Part shown: positions 18,948 through 30,232 of the stretch, one piece after another
Layout: every line of letters starts with the position of its first letter
Position numbering within the stretch: the first letter of the stretch is position 1
DNA from: an uncultured delta proteobacterium
GTDB lineage: Bacteria > Desulfobacterota > Binatia > Binatales > Binataceae
Direction of reading: 5' to 3'
DNA: 64,000 nucleotides
NCBI GenBank assembly: GCA_963711565.1
Contig: CAVQEQ010000003.1
Span: 1,408,001-1,472,000, forward strand
Notes under the pieces: generated by a model
What the model saw: only the letters and a program-made list of their open reading frames with translations
What the model was told of the DNA's origin: nothing
The model's database searches: none
Made by a program: the position numbers and the translations under genes

Positions 18948-21900
18948 GGCATCTCGCGCAGCCGCGTCAGCGACTTGAGCCGCACTTTCGGTTTGATTTT
19001 CGAGCGCCGCTCCTCGTACGGGCCGCACACGCGCTTGTAGTCGCACCAGTCGCATTCGCGATCGTCCGGCGCGGCGGGCAGAAAGCCGGCTTCGAGCGAC
19101 TCCTTGACGATCTCGACGAAATCGCGCGACGCGCGGCGGGCCTCGTCGTTGATCTCGACGACACGCTCCTCGTAGCCGCCCGCGGCGGTGCAGTAGTAGA
19201 GCCGTCCGGCGTAAATTTTCTCGCGCAGAACTTGTTCGGCGGCGAGCGCGTACAGCACCGGCTGCAGCGTCTTGCCGCCGCCGATGATGAAGTTCTTCTC
19301 GGCGCGCACTTTCCCGGTCTTGTGATCGGTCACGCGAATTCGCCCGGCCGCATCGCGCTCGAGCAAATCGATCGACCCGCGCAAACTCAAGCCGCCTTCG
19401 ATCGCGACCGGGTCCGCCGAGCTGTGCGGGTCCGCCTGCGCGCGATCGCGCAGCCCAAAGCCGAGCTCGAACCACTCGGGACGCCAATGTTCCGGGTCGT
19501 CGGCCGCCCGGCGCATCCACTCGCGCAGGTCGGCGCGGATACCTTCGATGCCGTCGAGCCACACGCGCTCGATCGCCGGCGCGAGATCCTCATGCCATCG
19601 CGCCGCAACTTCGTCGAGCTTCTCGTCGAGCAACCCCGACGCGTCATCCAGGTCGTCAGGCGTCACCGGCAGCACGTCGAGCTCCCGCAGCGCCGACAGG
19701 ATCTCGTACTGCACCTCGGCGAACAGGCCGCCGCGCGTGAGCGGATCGAGCGTGTCAATCGCCTCGGGCTCCTCGCGCGGTTCAAGCCGATGAACCGCTT
19801 GCAGAAAAAAACGATACGGGCACGCCGCGAAATTTTGCAGCGCGGTCGGCGAGTACGAACGCGCGCTCAACTGATGCTTGCCCAGCGCCGCCAGCGCGGC
19901 CGGATCAGGATCGACAAGGCCGTCGGCCGAGGTCCATCGCCGCAGCCACCGGCGCGCCCGCGCGCGCAACGCCCGCCCGAGATGAACGTTCGCGCCCAGC
20001 AAATAGTTCGCCGCGCCTGTGGTGGTATCCGGATCGGCGTCCACCAGTTTGTCGAGCACCGCCAGATCGAATTCCGCGTCGTCGATCGCGTCGGCAGGAT
20101 TCGCCGGCGCCGGCCATGAAAGGCGCGTCACCGGCTGCGATGCGGCGCGCGTCGCCAGCTCGTCGAAGCCGGGCAGGCGGCCTTCCGCAGCGCGCAGAAT
20201 TTCGAGCGCGTAGAAGGACGGCACGCGCGGCCGGCCCTGGTCGAGATCGACTCGCGGATATGAGAACATCACGCGCTCGCGCGCCGCGCCAGCCGCGATT
20301 CTCAATGCGAGTCGCTCCGCACCGACGCGTTGCTCGTTGCGAGCGAGATACGGACTCAGCCGCGCGCGCGACGCATCGGAAAGAATTGGATCCTCGGTCA
20401 GCTTGCGCGGAAACATCCGCTCGGCAAGGCCGGGGACGATGACAACGTCGAACTCCATGCAGCGAGCGCGATTCGGCGGCGCGACGAACACCGCGCCGTA
20501 ACGACGCACGCGCCGCGGAGTTTCGAGACGCCCGAGCCGATCGTTCAGCACGATGCGCACCTCGTCGAGTCCAACCGGACCGACCGGCGCCATCGGCTCG
20601 AGCTCGGCGAGCGCGGCGAGCACCGGCTCGCGATCGCGAATCGCGAGATCGATCAGCGCGCGAAGAAACTTGAGCCAGTCGCCCCAAGTCGCATCGCGCG
20701 GCGCCGCTTCGAGCATCGTGAGGATCGGCATCGCCACTTCGCCGAGATGCGCGAGGTCGAGAATTCGCCGCTCAAGGCCGGCCGCGTGCGCGTCGTCGTC
20801 GGCAAGTTCCTTGCGCCGCGCCGCGAGATCGTTACCGAGACCAGCCAGCCGCTTGCGCCATCGTTCGGCGCTGCCGATCACGGCCGCCTCGACGAGCAGC
20901 CGTTCCCATCGCCACGGCGCGCGCGCGGTTCCGTCGATGACCGGAACGGGATCTGAGGCGAAATTGGAGAGATCAGCATTGCTTGCACTTTCGTCCGCGG
21001 CAACGTCACTCTCGACTTCAAGATCCGACTCAAGCGGCGCCGGCGCGAGTTCCGCGTCCGGACTGACGGTCGGCTCGTCGTCACGCGCGCGATCGGGGTC
21101 GGGCACTTGAGCGAGCGAGAGATATTCGGCAAAGCGCCGCGCCGAAAGATTTTCCGCGGCGCAGCAAAGCAGCGCGAGCATCGCGCGACCGCCCGGCTCG
21201 GGGCGCCGCGCGCCGCGCGCAAAGTAAGCCGGGATCTCGGCGCGGGCGAGCACCTCCTGCAGGTACGGCGCGTAGCGAATCGGATCGTGCAGCAGCACGG
21301 CGATTCGATCGAACGGCACGCCGCGGCGCGCCTCGGCGGCGATTCGGCGCGCGATCTCCACGCACTCGTGCATCTCGCCGGGCGCCGAAATCACCGTCAC
21401 GGATTCGTCAACGTCGCGCTCGGGCGGGGCTGTATTCGCGAACAAATGGGTCTGGAGACGCTCGAGCGACGGCGCGATGCTTTCGTTGACGGTCGGCGAT
21501 AGCGGAGTTGCACGCACGCCGAGAGCGTCTTCGAGGATCGATTGGACGGGCGAGTCGCCGGCGGGAATCGTCGCGAGAATCGACGGCGAACATGCGGCGA
21601 GGGCCGCGATAAAGTCGCGATCGAGCGCGCTGTCCACGGATGGATCGAGCAACAAAATCGGCAGACCGACGAAGCGCGGCGGATCGGGCGCGAGTACCGC
21701 GCGCGTCGCGACTTTAAGCATCCCGGCACGATCGATCAGCTTCGCTTCGGCCAGCTCGGCGTCGAACTGCGCGAGTGTCGCGGCAATCGCGTCGCCCGCG
21801 CCGCCCAGCGCGCGCAGGTCGTCGGCGGCGATGTTGTTCCATCGAAGCTCGATCAGCGTGCGCGCCAGTGCGCGCGAGAAGCCGGGAAGATTCAGCACCG

Positions 21901-22234
21901 GCGCAAAGTGCTCAAGCGCTCCCGACGGGGCGAGGCGGAAGACCGCGCGCGCGGCGACCGCTTCGGCGGCGAGTCCGTCGGCGGGCGCGAGGCCGGTATC
22001 GGCGAGTTCCTCGGCGGCGAGCAATCCGATCAGGCGGTTGAGAGTCAGGCGATGCACCCCGAGCATCGCGCCGCGCGATATTGCAAACGCGCGCACGAGG
22101 TCGTCGGCAGCTTCCTTGACCGACGCGATCACCAGGACTTCGGTGGCGGATGGCTGCGAGTCGAGCCACGCGCGGGCGGCGGCGATGCGCTTATCGGCGC
22201 GTTCGGAGATTATGATTTCATGAGAGGCTGGCAT
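18944..22234 (-). CDS. addB: AddB-like protein: inactive helicase plus PD-(D/E)XK nuclease with 4 Fe-S cysteines
   Basis: SPTALQNFAACPYRFF, GSIDLLE..DHKTG, LQPVLY, CDWCDYKRVC; adjacent to addA. Confidence 0.82.
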   Translation of the reverse strand: MPASHEIIISERADKRIAAARAWLDSQPSATEVLVIASVKEAADDLVRAFAISRGAMLGVHRLTLNRLIGLLAAEELADTGLAPADGLAAEAVAARAVFRLAPSGALEHFAPVLNLPGFSRALARTLIELRWNNIAADDLRALGGAGDAIAATLAQFDAELAEAKLIDRAGMLKVATRAVLAPDPPRFVGLPILLLDPSVDSALDRDFIAALAACSPSILATIPAGDSPVQSILEDALGVRATPLSPTVNESIAPSLERLQTHLFANTAPPERDVDESVTVISAPGEMHECVEIARRIAAEARRGVPFDRIAVLLHDPIRYAPYLQEVLARAEIPAYFARGARRPEPGGRAMLALLCCAAENLSARRFAEYLSLAQVPDPDRARDDEPTVSPDAELAPAPLESDLEVESDVAADESASNADLSNFASDPVPVIDGTARAPWRWERLLVEAAVIGSAERWRKRLAGLGNDLAARRKELADDDAHAAGLERRILDLAHLGEVAMPILTMLEAAPRDATWGDWLKFLRALIDLAIRDREPVLAALAELEPMAPVGPVGLDEVRIVLNDRLGRLETPRRVRRYGAVFVAPPNRARCMEFDVVIVPGLAERMFPRKLTEDPILSDASRARLSPYLARNEQRVGAERLALRIAAGAARERVMFSYPRVDLDQGRPRVPSFYALEILRAAEGRLPGFDELATRAASQPVTRLSWPAPANPADAIDDAEFDLAVLDKLVDADPDTTTGAANYLLGANVHLGRALRARARRWLRRWTSADGLVDPDPAALAALGKHQLSARSYSPTALQNFAACPYRFFLQAVHRLEPREEPEAIDTLDPLTRGGLFAEVQYEILSALRELDVLPVTPDDLDDASGLLDEKLDEVAARWHEDLAPAIERVWLDGIEGIRADLREWMRRAADDPEHWRPEWFELGFGLRDRAQADPHSSADPVAIEGGLSLRGSIDLLERDAAGRIRVTDHKTGKVRAEKNFIIGGGKTLQPVLYALAAEQVLREKIYAGRLYYCTAAGGYEERVVEINDEARRASRDFVEIVKESLEAGFLPAAPDDRECDWCDYKRVCGPYEERRSKIKPKVRLKSLTRLREMP

Positions 22235-22417
22235 CCGGCGCGGCGCGAAGCTTGATACGCGACATATCTATCGTGTGCTCCGGGTATCGGAGCTTCAAGA
22301 GCCGCGCCGGGTTTGTTTCCACAGCGTGGACAACGGTTGTCATCGGTCGAGTTGTAGCAGATGCAGAATCCGCCGTGGGTCTCCCTAGGCACGGTTGACC
22401 CCTACACCCGGTCGTTC

Positions 22418-22445
22418 TGCCATTCAGAGCGAAGCGAAGAATCCC
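22418..22445. repeat. Single REP-like half element
   Basis: tgccattcagagcgaagcgaagaatccc resembles the GTCATTCTGAGCGAAGCGAAGAATC intergenic repeat type; no partner arm seen. Confidence 0.4.
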
Positions 22446-22577
22446 GGTTTTTTCGCGTCGTGCCAGCCGCTGCGGCCTCTGATACCTCGCCCGTTATTTT
22501 GCGGGAGAGGCGGCCGGCGGGTGCAAGCCGCCGGTAGGTGAGGGTGCTGCGGTGCAAGATCCGAGCGCGCAACGTCG

Positions 22578-22952
22578 CTAATGCGAGCCGCCTTTTCCCC
22601 GCATCGAGATTTCGTCCCATAGAAGTAGCTGGTAGCCGTCGGGATCGCGGAGTTCGGCGCCGTAGCCCCAGAAATATTTTCCTGGAGGATTGGTGAACGC
22701 GACGCCCTTCGATTGGAGTTCTTTGTACTTCGAATCTACGTCGTCAACTTGCAGGGTGAGAGAGCATTTGGCGCCGGAGAGTTGGGCGGGTTGCTCGTAG
22801 AGGAAGATCGTGAAGCCGGCGTCGTCCTGGATTGCGGAGGTTTTGCGATCGGGGACTTCGAATTCAACTTTGAAGCCGAAGTTGCGCACGTACCAATCGC
22901 GCGAGGTTTGGTAGTTCGTGACCGGGAGATTCATGTGATCAAATTTGACCAT
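22578..22952 (-). CDS. VOC/glyoxalase family protein
   Basis: FDHMNLPV, WYVRNFGF, LQVDDVD, WGYGAELRDPDG. Confidence 0.9.
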   Translation of the reverse strand: MVKFDHMNLPVTNYQTSRDWYVRNFGFKVEFEVPDRKTSAIQDDAGFTIFLYEQPAQLSGAKCSLTLQVDDVDSKYKELQSKGVAFTNPPGKYFWGYGAELRDPDGYQLLLWDEISMRGKGGSH

Positions 22953-22974
22953 GTCGCCGCTCCTTGTTCCGTCT

Positions 22975-23739
22975 CTAAAACTTTCCGTGTCTGCCTACGC
23001 CCAACGCGAAGCGCTCGGCGCCGGCGCGAGTCTCACCTGATTCGATCGTCGCGATGCCGTAGCGGTACTCGTTCTTGAGCGCGTCCTCGAGCGGCATCGT
23101 CCACGCTTCGTAGGCGGACATCCGATCACCGCGCATACATCGCTGCGGAAAGCTTGCGATTTGTTTGGCCAGCTCGCGCGCGTGGGACAATGCGGTGCCC
23201 GGCTCGACGACGCGATTCGCCAAGCCTATCGCGAATGCCTCTTCGCCCAAGACGCCGCGGCCCGTCAGGATCATGTCCATCGCACGACTCATCCCGATCA
23301 AACGCGGCAATCGAATTGTGCCGCCGTCACAGAGCGGCACGCCGAAGCGCCGGCAATACACGCCGAAGATCGCGTCGCGCGCGGCCACTCGCAGATCGCA
23401 CCATAGCGCGAGCTCGATTCCACCGGCGACGGCGAAGCCCTCGACCGCCGCGATAACCGGCTTGCCGAGCAGCATTCGCGTGCATCCGAGCGGCCCGTCG
23501 CCGTCCTCGGTCACTCGATTGCCGCGAGATGTCGCGACCGCTTTCAAATCCGCACCGGCGCAAAACATGTTACCGGCGCCGGTCAGGATCGCGACCGAGA
23601 GCGCGTCGTCGGCATCGAAGCGGCGGAACGCCTCGGCGAGCGCCGCGGCGGTTGGCTGATCGACTGCGTTGCGCGCCTCGGGGCGGTTGATCGTCACGAT
23701 TGCGATTTCGTTCTCGATTGCGAACTCGACCAGGCTCAT
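22975..23739 (-). CDS. Enoyl-CoA hydratase/isomerase (crotonase) family
   Basis: INRPEARNA, FCAGADLK, KPVIAAVEGFAVAGGIELAL. Confidence 0.92.
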   Translation of the reverse strand: MSLVEFAIENEIAIVTINRPEARNAVDQPTAAALAEAFRRFDADDALSVAILTGAGNMFCAGADLKAVATSRGNRVTEDGDGPLGCTRMLLGKPVIAAVEGFAVAGGIELALWCDLRVAARDAIFGVYCRRFGVPLCDGGTIRLPRLIGMSRAMDMILTGRGVLGEEAFAIGLANRVVEPGTALSHARELAKQIASFPQRCMRGDRMSAYEAWTMPLEDALKNEYRYGIATIESGETRAGAERFALGVGRHGKF

Positions 23740-23776
23740 CGAATTACCTCCGGCGCTAAATTGCGATCGCCGAAAA

Positions 23777-24334
23777 TTACTCTTTCAAAATCTTGCGTGT
23801 CGAGGAACGGAGGCGTACGACGCCGGAATCCAGCGAGTTGTGGCTCTCGAAGCCGTTGTGCGCGAATACCTCGAGCATCGCGCGGTTCTCGCCGAGCACG
23901 TCGGCCTCGAATTCCGCCACCCCGTTCGCATCGGCGATAAGGCTCAGGTGCTGCAGCAGTATCGTGCCGATGCCGTGTCCCTGGAACTGGTCGCGAACAG
24001 CGAACGCGACTTCCGCGCGATGCGGATCGGCGCCGCAAATGTAACGGCCGACACCAATGATGCGCTCGCGTCCATTTTCGCTCACGGTTGCAACCAGGCC
24101 GACATGACTTATGAAATCGAGCTCAGTTAGACGCTTGAGATCGTCCGGATAAAGATCGCGCTTCAGCCCCATGAAACGAAAATAGACGGACTGTTCGCTC
24201 ATGCTCTTGAAATGATCGTGGAGGCGTTCTTGATCGTCGGGACGAATCGCGCGAATCCGAATCGCGACGCCGTCGAGCATCGTCGCATCGATGCAATATT
24301 TGCGCGGGTCGGTGAGCATGTCGCGATCTGCCAT
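23777..24334 (-). CDS. GNAT family N-acetyltransferase (Pat-type GNAT domain, stand-alone)
   Basis: IRAIRPDD, SVYFRF, IIGVGRY, AEVAFAV.D.FQGHGIGT, ENRAMLEVF; start uncertain. Confidence 0.85.
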   Translation of the reverse strand: MADRDMLTDPRKYCIDATMLDGVAIRIRAIRPDDQERLHDHFKSMSEQSVYFRFMGLKRDLYPDDLKRLTELDFISHVGLVATVSENGRERIIGVGRYICGADPHRAEVAFAVRDQFQGHGIGTILLQHLSLIADANGVAEFEADVLGENRAMLEVFAHNGFESHNSLDSGVVRLRSSTRKILKE

Positions 24335-24413
24335 CGAACTGGAGGTTGAGTATAGCGGCGATTCCGCTTGGAATCTTGCGCGCATTTCGCTATGGCGATC
24401 GGAGCGGCGCACG

Positions 24414-25583
24414 ATGAGCGAATTTACGATCAAGGACAAGACTGCGATCGCCGGAGTCGGCGAGACGAAGTACTACAAGCGCGGGGCAGCGCCGGTCAGC
24501 GAATTTCGGCTCGCGCTCGAAGCGATTCAGCGCGCGGCCGACGATGCGGAGCTGCCAGTGAGCGCGATCGACGGGATCGCGTCGTACAGCAACGACCGCA
24601 ACGACTCGGTCCGCGTCGCGACCGCGCTCGGATTGCCGGAATTGCGCTTCACCAATATGTTCTGGGGTGGCGGCGGCGGTGGCGGCTCGGGTGCGATCGG
24701 CAACGCGGCGGCCGCGATCGTCGCGGGCTTCGCGACCTGCGTAGTTGTGTATCGCGCGCTGGCGCAGGGGCAGTTCGGCCGCTTCGGCGCGACGCCGGCG
24801 ACGCGCGCTATATCGGGGCCGATCGCGTACACGTGGCCGTACGGAATGTTGACGCCGGCGCAATGGATCGCGCTGCGCACGCGCCGCTTCATGCACGATC
24901 ACCACATCACGCAGGACCCGCTCGCGGCGATCGCGATGGCCTGCTATCACCACGCACAGTTCAATCCGCGCGCGATAATGTACGGCCGCCCGTTGACACG
25001 CGAGGCATACGACGAGTCGCGATGGATCGTCGAGCCGTTTCATCTCTACGACTGCTGCCTCGAGAACGACGGCGCAGCCGCGGTGATTGTCACGAGTGCC
25101 GAGCGCGCGCGCGATCTCAAGCAGAAGCCGGCGTACGTGATGGCGTCGGCGCAGGGCTCCGACTTCCGCCAGGGCGCCGCGGCCGAGAATGGTCCCGATT
25201 ACGCGACCTCGAACTTCAAGACGCTGGCGCCGCGCCTCTACGCGATGGCGGGGATCGAGCCCAAGGACGTCGACGTCGCGCAGGTGTACGAAAATTTCAC
25301 CGGCGCGGTGATGACCAGTATAGTCGAGCACGGCTTCTGCCATTCCGACGAAGTGATGGATTTCTGCACTTTCGAAAATCTGACCGCGCCCAACGGCAAG
25401 CTGCCAATCAACACCAGCGGCGGAAATCTCGCCGAGTGCTACATGCACGGACTGGAATTGATCATCGAGGCGGCGCGACAGGTGCGCGGGACTTCAACTT
25501 GCCAGGTGAACGACGCCGAGATTTCGATGGTCGTATCGGGACCTATGGTCGCGCCGGTGAGCGATCTGATCCTGCGCAGGTAA
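24414..25583 (+). CDS. Thiolase-fold protein (Ltp2/SCP-x-like, no canonical catalytic Cys)
   Basis: AIAGVGET, DCCLENDGAAAVIV, AQVYENF, PINTSGGNLAECYMHG. Confidence 0.85.
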   Translation: MSEFTIKDKTAIAGVGETKYYKRGAAPVSEFRLALEAIQRAADDAELPVSAIDGIASYSNDRNDSVRVATALGLPELRFTNMFWGGGGGGGSGAIGNAAAAIVAGFATCVVVYRALAQGQFGRFGATPATRAISGPIAYTWPYGMLTPAQWIALRTRRFMHDHHITQDPLAAIAMACYHHAQFNPRAIMYGRPLTREAYDESRWIVEPFHLYDCCLENDGAAAVIVTSAERARDLKQKPAYVMASAQGSDFRQGAAAENGPDYATSNFKTLAPRLYAMAGIEPKDVDVAQVYENFTGAVMTSIVEHGFCHSDEVMDFCTFENLTAPNGKLPINTSGGNLAECYMHGLELIIEAARQVRGTSTCQVNDAEISMVVSGPMVAPVSDLILRR

Positions 25584-25588
25584 GCGCG

Positions 25589-26029
25589 ATGGCGAACGAA
25601 TCGAAAACGTACTTGCCCGCGGGGATGCCGGCGCCGGAAGCGACGCGCGACGGGTTGGATCGCGAATTCTGGGACGCGGCGAAGCGTCACGAGCTCGTCG
25701 TGCAGAAGTGCAATTCATGCGGCACGTTCCAATTCGGCCCCGAATGGATTTGTCACAAGTGCCACACGCTCGAACTCGGATGGCATCGCGTGTCAGGCCG
25801 CGGCCGCGTCTATAGCTGGGAGCGCGTCTGGCACCCAGCGCATCCCGCGCTGAAGTCCGCGTGTCCTTATATTGTAATGGTAGTGGAACTCCCCGACGCC
25901 GGCAACGTGAGAATGGTCGGCAACCTGCTAGGCGACCCGGCGCGCGAAGTGCCCTTCGACGCGCCAGTCGAAGCCGTCTTCGAGGATCACCCCGAAGGCT
26001 TCACGCTGATTCAGTGGCAACTCGCTTAG
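25589..26029 (+). CDS. DUF35 Zn-ribbon/OB-fold protein (ChsH2-like partner of thiolase)
   Basis: FWDAAK..LVVQKCNSCG..CHKC, SGRGRVYSW, VRMVGNL; real start ATG 25589. Confidence 0.88.
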   Translation: MANESKTYLPAGMPAPEATRDGLDREFWDAAKRHELVVQKCNSCGTFQFGPEWICHKCHTLELGWHRVSGRGRVYSWERVWHPAHPALKSACPYIVMVVELPDAGNVRMVGNLLGDPAREVPFDAPVEAVFEDHPEGFTLIQWQLA

Positions 26030-26032
26030 GGC

Positions 26033-26696
<664 letters not shown>

Positions 26697-26750
26697 TGCA
26701 TATTAGACAACACGGTCGAAGTCCACGCGGTTCCCCACCCTTAAATTAGA

Positions 26751-27125
26751 TTATTCGAGGGTCAGACCTGCGTGAGCCGCAAAGTTGCGAAAATCGCGGT
26801 CGCGCGTGACCAGCGCGACTTCGTGGTCAATACACGACTGGGCGATAAGGCTGTCGGCTAAGCGCGCCTTGAGACCTCGGCGCAGAAGACGCGCACGGAG
26901 TTCACCCGCACGTTCCCAGTAGCCGTCAACAATTTCAAGCCGCGGCACAGCGCGAATCAGAGTTCCAACCTCGGAACGAAGCGCGGGATCGCTCAGGAGT
27001 TCAGTCACCACCACCGGCGGAAAAATGCCCTGGCGGAACCGCAGCGCTTCCTCGACTGCGGCCACGTCCCTCCCGCGCTCGCCCGACAGGAAGGCGATGG
27101 TGGAACTGGTATCGAGAGCAATCAT
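26751..27125 (-). CDS. vapC: PIN-domain VapC toxin
   Basis: LDTS, ELL, LADSLIAQSC, LVTRDRDF. Confidence 0.88.
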   Translation of the reverse strand: MIALDTSSTIAFLSGERGRDVAAVEEALRFRQGIFPPVVVTELLSDPALRSEVGTLIRAVPRLEIVDGYWERAGELRARLLRRGLKARLADSLIAQSCIDHEVALVTRDRDFRNFAAHAGLTLE

Positions 27126-27334
27126 CTTCGGTCTTGCCGCAGTTCGCGCAAATCCACCGAGAATTTCACCTTGCCGCGCATTTTCAGCAGACCGTCGTAA
27201 GCTTCGCCGGCCGCCAGCAATTCGAGTCCTTTGCGCACCGTTTCGCTGACCCCGGCGCGAGCAGCTCTTTGCGCCTTGTTCAACAATTCACTGCGAACGT
27301 GCACGGTAATTTTTCGCTCGGCTTTCATTGCCAT
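27122..27334 (-). CDS. Putative VapB-like antitoxin
   Basis: Small basic ribbon-helix-helix-like ORF (KITVHV..ELLNKA..SETVRKGL) overlapping the vapC start by ATGA. Confidence 0.75.
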   Translation of the reverse strand: MAMKAERKITVHVRSELLNKAQRAARAGVSETVRKGLELLAAGEAYDGLLKMRGKVKFSVDLRELRQDRR

Positions 27335-27417
27335 AAGCATACCAGAATTCGATGCCGTAACTATATATGGCTATTGGAGGGAGACTTACGTCGCATCGTC
27401 GAGCGATGCGCGCAACG

Positions 27418-28491
27418 CTAGATCTGATACACGAACAGCTGCTGTTCTTTGGGTCTCAGGAACACGTGGGCACCCGTTTCCAGGTGCAGCGTCTGGTAGT
27501 GCTCGTGGCTGATTTCGACTTGCACCATGTCGCCCCATTCGGCGACCAGCTCGACTTTGACCTGCGGGCCGGCGGGGTTGATCGTCTTCACGGTGGCCGG
27601 GAACGTCTGCTTGCCGTTGGGCTGCATCACGATTTCCAGCAGATGCGGCCGCACGTACAGCACCGCCTTGCCGTTCTCCGCCGGATGCGCGTGGGCGTGG
27701 GTATTGTCGAGCTCGACGGCGGTGTCGCCTAGGAACACGCGCCCGTTCTCGATTCGGCCGTGGAAGAGGTTCACGTTGCCCAGGAAGTTGTACACGAAGG
27801 CGTTGGCAGGATGGTGATAGACTTCCTCGGCCGTGCCGATCTGCTCGATACGTCCCTGGTTCATCACGACGATACGATTGGCGAGTTCGAGCGCCTCTTC
27901 CTGGTCGTGCGTGACGAAGACGCTGGTGATTTTGATCTCGTCGTGCAGCCGCCGGAGCCATCGGCGGAGTTCCTGACGGACCTTGGCGTCGAGCGCGCCG
28001 AACGGCTCGTCCAGCAGCAGGACTTTCGGCTCGACGGCGAGCGTGCGCGCGAGCGCGACGCGCTGGCGCTGGCCGCCGGAGAGCTGCGAGGGATAGCGGT
28101 CCGCGAGAAAGTCGAGCTGCACGAGTTTCAGCAGCTCATGCACGCGCCGCGCGACTTCGGTCTCGGCGGGACGCTCACGCCGCGGCAGCACGCGCATTCC
28201 GAAGGCGACGTTTTCGAATACCGTCATGTGGCGAAACAGCGCGTAATGCTGAAAGACGAAGCCGACCTTGCGCTTGCGGACGCTGACCGCGCTCGCGTCC
28301 TCGCCATGGAACAGCACCTCGCCGGTGTCCGGCGTTTCCAGTCCCGCGATTATTCTCAGCAGCGTGGTCTTGCCCGAGCCTGACAGCCCCAGCAACGCGA
28401 CGAGCTCGCCGGTTTCGATGTGCAGGTTGATATTGTCAACCGCAACGAAGTCGCCGAACCTCTTGCTGATGTTTTTGAGCTCGATACTCAT
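27418..28491 (-). CDS. cysA: Sulfate ABC transporter ATP-binding protein
   Basis: [42 protein letters not shown] tail. Confidence 0.93.
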   Translation of the reverse strand: MSIELKNISKRFGDFVAVDNINLHIETGELVALLGLSGSGKTTLLRIIAGLETPDTGEVLFHGEDASAVSVRKRKVGFVFQHYALFRHMTVFENVAFGMRVLPRRERPAETEVARRVHELLKLVQLDFLADRYPSQLSGGQRQRVALARTLAVEPKVLLLDEPFGALDAKVRQELRRWLRRLHDEIKITSVFVTHDQEEALELANRIVVMNQGRIEQIGTAEEVYHHPANAFVYNFLGNVNLFHGRIENGRVFLGDTAVELDNTHAHAHPAENGKAVLYVRPHLLEIVMQPNGKQTFPATVKTINPAGPQVKVELVAEWGDMVQVEISHEHYQTLHLETGAHVFLRPKEQQLFVYQI

Positions 28492-29372
28492 GCCGCAACT
28501 TTGACCGCCAGGTCGTCCTGCTCCTGCTTCACGGGAACTACGCGGCGCTCGAGGTAATACTTGGCGATGAGCGTCGCGATCGCGAGCAGGGTGAGCAGCG
28601 ACGAAACCGCAAACGCAGCCGCGAACTGGAAGTCATTGTACAGAATCTCGACGTACAGCGGCATCGTGTTGGTATGCCCGCGGATATGCCCCGAAACGAC
28701 CGAGACTGCTCCGAACTCGCCCATCGCGCGCGCGTTGCATAACACCAGCCCATAAAGCAGCCCCCACTTGACGTTGGGGATCGTCACGCGAAAGAACATT
28801 TGCCAGCCGCCTGCGCCCAGCACGATCGCGGCTTCTTCTTCCTCGCTGCCGACCGCCTGCATGATCGGAATCAGCTCGCGCGCGGCGAGTGGAAACGTCA
28901 CGAAGATTGTCGCGAGCACGATGCCCGGCTCGGCAAAGATGATCCTGATGCCGTGATCGGCGAGCCATCCGCCGAGCGGCGCGCGCACGCCGAGCAGCAG
29001 CACGAACAGCATCCCCGCGATTACCGGCGAGACCGAGAACGGGATGTCGATCAACGTCAGCAGGGTTTGCTTGCCGGGGAAATCGAAGCGCGCGATTGCC
29101 CATGACGCGGCGATGCCAAAAGTAACGTTGAGCGGCACCGCGATCGCGGCGGTCATCAGGGTCAGGCGAATCGCGGCGCGAGCCTCGGGATCGACGATCG
29201 CCGCGAGGTAAGCGCCGAGTCCATTCTGCAGCGCTTCGGTAAAGACCGCGATGACCGGGATGAAAATAAACAGCGCGACGAACGTCAGTGCGGTCGCGAT
29301 CAACGCGATTCTGACCGCGGGCGGATCCGCGGTCCCGGGCCTCTTCGGCGTAAATTCGGACTGGGTGGCCAT
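28488..29372 (-). CDS. cysW: Sulfate ABC transporter permease
   Basis: [35 protein letters not shown]; start ATG 29372. Confidence 0.93.
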   Translation of the reverse strand: MATQSEFTPKRPGTADPPAVRIALIATALTFVALFIFIPVIAVFTEALQNGLGAYLAAIVDPEARAAIRLTLMTAAIAVPLNVTFGIAASWAIARFDFPGKQTLLTLIDIPFSVSPVIAGMLFVLLLGVRAPLGGWLADHGIRIIFAEPGIVLATIFVTFPLAARELIPIMQAVGSEEEEAAIVLGAGGWQMFFRVTIPNVKWGLLYGLVLCNARAMGEFGAVSVVSGHIRGHTNTMPLYVEILYNDFQFAAAFAVSSLLTLLAIATLIAKYYLERRVVPVKQEQDDLAVKVAA

Positions 29373-29380
29373 CGCGAAGG

Positions 29381-30208
29381 TCAGGCCGCCAGCCGGCGGC
29401 TGCTCCACCTTTGCAGGACGTTGATGCCGAGCAGAATCGCGAATGACGCCGTCAGCATCACGACCGCGATTGCCGTGGCGCCGGCGTAGTCGAACTGCTC
29501 GAGCTTGCTCATGATCAGCAACGGCACCACCTCGGTATGCATCGGCATGTTGCCCGAGATGAACACCACCGAGCCGTATTCGCCGAGTGCGCGCGCGAAT
29601 GCGAGCGCGAATCCGGTGAGCGACGCCGGAATCAGCGCGGGCGCGATCACCAACATAAAGGTCTGCATCCGGCTCGCGCCGAGCGTCGCCGCCGCTTCCT
29701 CGTATTCCTGATCGAGATCCTCGAGGACAGGCTGGATCGTGCGGACGACGAACGGCAGTCCGACGAAGGTGAGCGCGACCACCACACCGAGCGGCGCATA
29801 CGCGACTTTTATTCCAAGCGGCGCGAGGTACCGCCCAATCCATCCGTTGGTCGCGTAAATCGCGGTGAGCGTGATGCCCGCGACCGAAGTCGGCAGCGCG
29901 AACGGCAAATCGACCATCACGTCAATCAGTGTCTTGCCGGGAAATTCGTAGCGGACGAGGCTCCACGCGACGACGAATCCGAAGATCGAGTTGATCAGCG
30001 CGCCGGCAATCGAGGCGCCGAAGCTCAGCTCGTACGCCGCGATTGTGCGCGGACTCGCGACGGCAGCCCAGAACTGAGGCCAGGTCAGGGTGAAAGTCTT
30101 GAAGAAGATCGTCGAGATCGGAATCAGCACGACGATGCCGAGGTAGGCGAGCGTGAAGCCGAGCGTCAGGCCGAATCCCGGCAGCACGTTGTTCCGTCTC
30201 GTTGCCAT
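29381..30208 (-). CDS. cysT: Sulfate ABC transporter permease
   Basis: VLPGFGLTLG, DLPFALPTSVAG, ARALGEYGSVVFISGN. Confidence 0.93.
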   Translation of the reverse strand: MATRRNNVLPGFGLTLGFTLAYLGIVVLIPISTIFFKTFTLTWPQFWAAVASPRTIAAYELSFGASIAGALINSIFGFVVAWSLVRYEFPGKTLIDVMVDLPFALPTSVAGITLTAIYATNGWIGRYLAPLGIKVAYAPLGVVVALTFVGLPFVVRTIQPVLEDLDQEYEEAAATLGASRMQTFMLVIAPALIPASLTGFALAFARALGEYGSVVFISGNMPMHTEVVPLLIMSKLEQFDYAGATAIAVVMLTASFAILLGINVLQRWSSRRLAA

Positions 30209-30232
30209 CGCGCTATCTTCTCTCCGACTCCG

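Noticed and set aside
18944-19900. Cas4-like nuclease suggesting CRISPR or defence
   Set aside because: It is the C-terminal Fe-S nuclease of AddB coupled to AddA; no cas genes or array are present.
22210-22392. 60-aa ORF with CICY..CPRC as a small zinc finger
   Set aside because: It overlaps the addB start, has no clear SD and no recognisable family; support is insufficient.
24368-25588. 553-aa ORF overlapping the thiolase
   Set aside because: Only the last 146 aa (from ATG 25589) look like protein. The same applies to the long N-terminal extensions of selB, addA, cysW and the hydrolase in the ORF track.
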